The translations under genes and the position numbers were made by a program. Of a stretch of 64,000 nt of DNA, positions 59,720 through 64,000 are shown piece after piece (positions within the stretch are counted from its first letter, which is position 1; each line of letters starts with the position of its first letter). The notes under the pieces are model-generated. The model had not been told where the DNA came from. It searched no databases and saw only the letters and a program-made list of their open reading frames with translations. The DNA is from Ramazzottius varieornatus (taxonomy: Eukaryota > Animalia > Tardigrada): positions 2,066,730 to 2,130,729 of the forward strand of contig BDGG01000007.1 of the NCBI GenBank assembly GCA_001949185.1. Direction: 5' to 3'.

Positions 59720-60887
59720 CAGTCCGGTCGTTCGAGAAGTAGACATCCTTCTTCCATTTTTATTCTTCACCAGTCAAACATTTACCGTACAGCTTGCCAG
59801 AAACAGAAGAGAGTGACGCCAAGAGTCCACTGACAATCAATACGAAAGAAAATCAACACTTTTTTTCCACCATGTGAAAAGCGCCAGATTTTCGAAAGCA
59901 ATTTCATATAGTCGCGCCGTCAACATCTGACCATCCCTTCATAATCCACTTAACCGAATGCAAGGCCGTAAGGGACTTCTTGTACTCCTCAAGGTTTTGA
60001 AAGTTCTGTTTGTTCGGCGATGCTCGGCCTTCGCAGCGCTTTCGCGTGCCTGAAAGGCTTTGATTATGCCTTGATCAAGCGGTTGAATTCTGCTAGTCTG
60101 TTTCGGAAGCAAGAAAATGAGCTTCACGTGGGATAGACTGTCGACCTTATGACCTGATGCGTCGTCCAGCCAAAGCAGAATCTTACGAATCTGTTTTTTG
60201 TCATTTTCTTGTTGAGTTCTGTTAGCCAGAAAGCACAGACAACCCCCGTTATCCAGGCCTTTTTGTTGCTCGCCCAGATACAGCCAGCTTTTTTGAAGTC
60301 CAGTTTTGCCTTAGTAAAGGCATGCGGCTTCTTGGATCGGCCAGTGATGAGAGGAGGGAGCTTCTCGCCAGACGCACTGCAGCAAAACATGACTGATATG
60401 CGCGAAGGGAAGAGTTCCAGTATCCTCCGCTTTTCACCCAATGTTTGCCTATCGCGTGTTCTTCCTTCACCGACAACATCGAGTTCGGTAGTAGGATGAG
60501 AAACAGGCCATTTCCGTGGTCAGCGAGTTCTGTTTCCTGGATACAGGGATCTGTCGATTGCAAGGCTCTACCGGAAGTGCCTTTCGTTGTTCGCTGATTA
60601 TACGCTAGATATACCCCATTGAACCTCCGTCTGTCGAACGCATCCTCAATTTTAAAATGTCTGGCTGAATCTCCGATGCTTGTTTGATAATGACGCGGTG
60701 CGATAAGCAAGAGAATGTTCGGAACTTTTAGCAGAGAAAAAAAGCGTGAGAAACAGGTTGCTTCTGTTGCGTGAATGAACTATCGAACAATAATTCAAAA
60801 CTACCTATGGTGAGCACTCTTGTGTTTTCCGCAATTTTGCAATTTTGAAATCGAAAAATGGTGTCCACTTCTCGAGCGACCGGACTG
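59720..60887 (-). mobile_element. Tigger/pogo-family DNA transposon deletion derivative
   Basis: TA|cagtccggtcgttcgagaagtagaca ... tgtccacttctcgagcgaccggactg|TA; RISVMFCCSASGEKLPPL.GRSKKP, SNKKAWIT, LPKQTSRIQPLDQGIIKAF. Confidence 0.88.
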
Positions 60888-61507
60888 TAATATGTTTGGA
60901 CTGCGATGTATTGTAGCTACAAGGAGAAACCAGCGGAGTTGTCCATGTAGAATTGCATGGGAGAGTTGTCTGCCCTGGATCTCATCCTCCAGTCATCGAA
61001 CCTCGCCATGCTTAAGTTTATCCGATATGGAAAAAACGTCTATTTATTTGTCAACCATAGTATACACGAAAGAAAAGCGGATTTATTGAGAGACATCTGT
61101 TGGGAAGAGGGGCGGTCGACACAATGTTAAAAAGCCTGTTTTGAAAATCAGTCGATTTTAATCAATCAAGTTACGCTACACATGCTTGTGTAGACTTTTG
61201 AGGGTGGGCAAGCCCATCATGCGATTTTGCATGGACAACTCCGCTAGTTTGCCTCCTACAGTGGCATTGCCGTAAACGGCAAGAGGAGGCTTTCCCCCGC
61301 CGATTGAGCGACCATGTGGAACGATAACAAGCTTTTTCTCAGGTCAATGCCATCATCCGCAATTTTCAAGTCAAGAAGGGCCTTGAGCTTCCTCTTAAAA
61401 GTGTAGCCTGCCCGTTGACACAGGTGCTTGGTTGTTATTAGCCACAGAAGCTGTAGTGTGGGCAGCTGCACGGTTTTAGCACTAGCCTTCAGCCTTCTCG
61501 TTCAAAA

Positions 61508-63479
61508 ATGGCTAGTATCGATGTCCTACTGATGTCGTCTCTCCTGTTGTCTGCAGGTCCGATCGACGCTACCAAGGCCGGCAACAAATGTGGACTTGCA
61601 GGAGGCAGTCTAAAGGACCCGTTTGGTTTACGTGGGCAGTTTCTGCAAAGCACCATCCAAGCTGCAAATCCGACCACGCTGTCAGCGCTGGACACCAACA
61701 ATATAGCAGGCGGTCGAGCTGCTGCTGTTGTTTCATCAGCTGACAGGCTGAACACCAGCTTGATGTCTTTTGTGGATATACCGGCAGCGACTACTGCCTC
61801 ACCTACATCGCCCTTGGCGCTTGTGGTATCGGCTGTTCGTGGAAGCTCCGGTATTCTTGATGGTGGTTCCGTCAACGAGGCGGGCACTGGTAGACGACGA
61901 GTCATCCCGCGGTCGCTCGACCAGCCTCAAGCCGGTCAGAGACAGTTGCTAGACAAAGTGTCTGGCGGTACGCAGGCTGCACAACCTGGACAGTTGTGCT
62001 GGCAGGTAGGAAGCAGCAGTCACACCCAGACAATTAGCTGATCAAGGACCACAGCATCTGCAGCTGGGTTTCGGCTACCAAATGACCCTTTTCTGACATG
62101 AAACTTGAGAGAGTAGGGGCGTCGGATGGTAGCTTTGCCATACCTCGCCGTGGCTTAAAGTCTCAAGACACTGTTCGCCCTTTCGGGAAGATATCCCAGA
62201 GAATTTCAGGGGTGATTAACAACTAAAACACCCGAGGCTGGGGGTTTGGTGTCAAAACGATTGTATGTGTAGTTCTTACGCTATGTGACGTTATTGTTGA
62301 TGTCAAAATGTTTTCGGAAAAAACTTCAAACCTCTTTGGATCTTCCTGACGTGTCCGTTTGACCAGTAGTCAGTTGGCCAAATGGCTTCAACTTCGTGTC
62401 CCTCGACGTTGGCTCATGTTACCTCATCAGCAGTTAAAAAAAGCCCCTGGGGGCCCAAAACTTCGAAACCGATTTCTGAACGATGGTGTTATTAGTTAAT
62501 GTTCCGGAAATTAGGGCGCTGGAACCCAGCTGTATGGCCTTTCCTCTCCATGTTCTGTGCACTTTTCTCTGCTGGCCAGTTAGTTTACAACGGCCCTCTT
62601 TATTTGCTGTGCACAGGTCAAGGTTAATTTGCTGTCACGGATCTCACCGGGTCGCTATAGCGTCTCCAGCTGTGGCGGTGTCATCATTGGTCCCTCCACT
62701 ATTCTCACTGCTGCCCACTGTCTCACCAATCCCATAGCGGGCTCCTCTAGGTACCAAAAGGCCTTATAACCGTCAGCGGAAAGCTCGATCCATTATAACC
62801 CATATTAGCCTATTCATATAAGCTGAGGCATGCGCTGTGACTCTGTAGGTCGGCAGTTTCTGCGGAAGACATCTCGGTCCACACCGGCGACTGGGCGACA
62901 TCCAGCTGCAACAACGCAGAGCCTCCATCCTGCTCCGCTGACCACAGCGTCCGCAACTTGACCATCCACCCGGCTTACAAGGCCACAGTAAGCGACAACG
63001 ACCTGGCACTGCTCTCTCTGGACAAGGCAGTCAACTTGGCAGACCAGTGCAACTGCGCCCTCTGTCTGCGCAACGCCAGCCCCGCCATCGGTCAAAGCTG
63101 TATCGTCAGCGGAAGCGGCGATGACTTGGCCATGTCCGACCTGACCTCCTTCACCGCCCCCCGGTGGGCACCGCTGACCATCCGCCAAGCCAGCTTGACC
63201 ACCTCGGCTTGCGGCTTCAACATCGACGAAGAGACAGGACAACCCACGGATTTGGATCTCTTTTTGTGCGCTGGAGGCCTGCCAACGGAAAGAAGCTGTC
63301 AGGGTGACAGTGGTGGACCTTTAGTGTGCTACGATTTCTCATCCGCTTCCCATTACCTGGCCGGTGTCTACTCTTTCGGGCCGCCCTGTGGCCTCAATAT
63401 CGGAGCTATGTACAGCAGCATTGTCAAGTATTTGGACTGGATTGTTACCAGTAGCAACGGCGATGTCACTTTAGCATAG
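61508..63479 (+). CDS. Secreted S1A (trypsin-fold) serine protease
   Basis: Exons ~61508-62005, 62617-62750, 62849-63479; K|VSGG activation site, CGG..ILTAAHC, NDLALL, CQGDSGGPL. Confidence 0.9.
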
Positions 63480-64000
63480 CTGACAATGTGCGCAAATTGT
63501 CTTGTTAAATGATTCAAAACGTTGTAGAGCATTTCTTGACTCTGCTCCCTTCGGTGTCAAAAGGATGTCACTCACGTATGCATACGCTCGTCTTCGGTAA
63601 CTGCATTGGCATCGTAAAGCTGCAGAGCCCGCAGACCGTGCATGCAGCCGTGCACTGTTGTATCCAGTCTGGTCATGAATTTCGTCCTTAACGATCAATC
63701 AAGCAACACAAGTCAACTGAAGTCTGATATTGAAAAACTGATATAAAAAGTAAGTTGAGAAAGCTCGTTTTTGCTACGAGGTGAAACTAGCGGAGTTGCC
63801 CATGTAAAATCGCATGATGGAGATGTCCACCCTCAGAAGTCTACACAGGTATGTGTTGGTTGAACTGGTAATCAGTTTACAGTGAGAGTTTGCCCACTTC
63901 CTAGTTGGCTGGTACGGTACAGCCGCCCAGCAGCATAATCCATTGCTCTTTGCAGCCCACGATGCGTACACCCACGTACGGTGTTAATTGTTTCTGCATA

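Noticed and set aside
62061-62532. Possible MITE in protease intron 1 (cagctgggtt...aacccagctg)
   Set aside because: Only ~10-bp inverted match and the TSD is not clean.

Overview
Gene-dense animal genomic DNA with short GT-AG introns (mostly ~60-110 bp) and two N-gaps. By inference it is most likely a tardigrade (Ramazzottius-like), based on the compact architecture and a gene resembling the tardigrade AMNP/g12777 family. Genes reconstructed by splicing by hand, in order: the 3' part of an RAR-like nuclear receptor, a GPCR pseudogene, a SLIRP-like RRM gene, GST-theta, fuseless, then a co-oriented run of candidate stress-tolerance genes (AMNP-like secreted protein, 3-domain metallothionein, three unrelated hydrophilic disordered proteins). 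These are followed by a long coiled-coil gene, SETD6, Wee1, FAM104/VCF1-like, a JmjC/cupin gene, a sulfotransferase pseudogene, a tandem acid phosphatase pair (one degenerate) and a serine protease. DNA transposons with TIRs/TSDs are abundant (hAT, pogo/Tigger, Tc1/mariner-like, nested MITEs). The most striking unexplained signal is a dispersed ~75-bp palindromic element, core CAAGTGGCGCA-N27-TGCGCCACTTG. It has about 20 units in the window, an almost invariant 27-bp spacer of divergent sequence and compensatory arm changes, occurs in tandem arrays, and sits mostly in the longer introns. All family assignments come from remembered motifs, not database searches.
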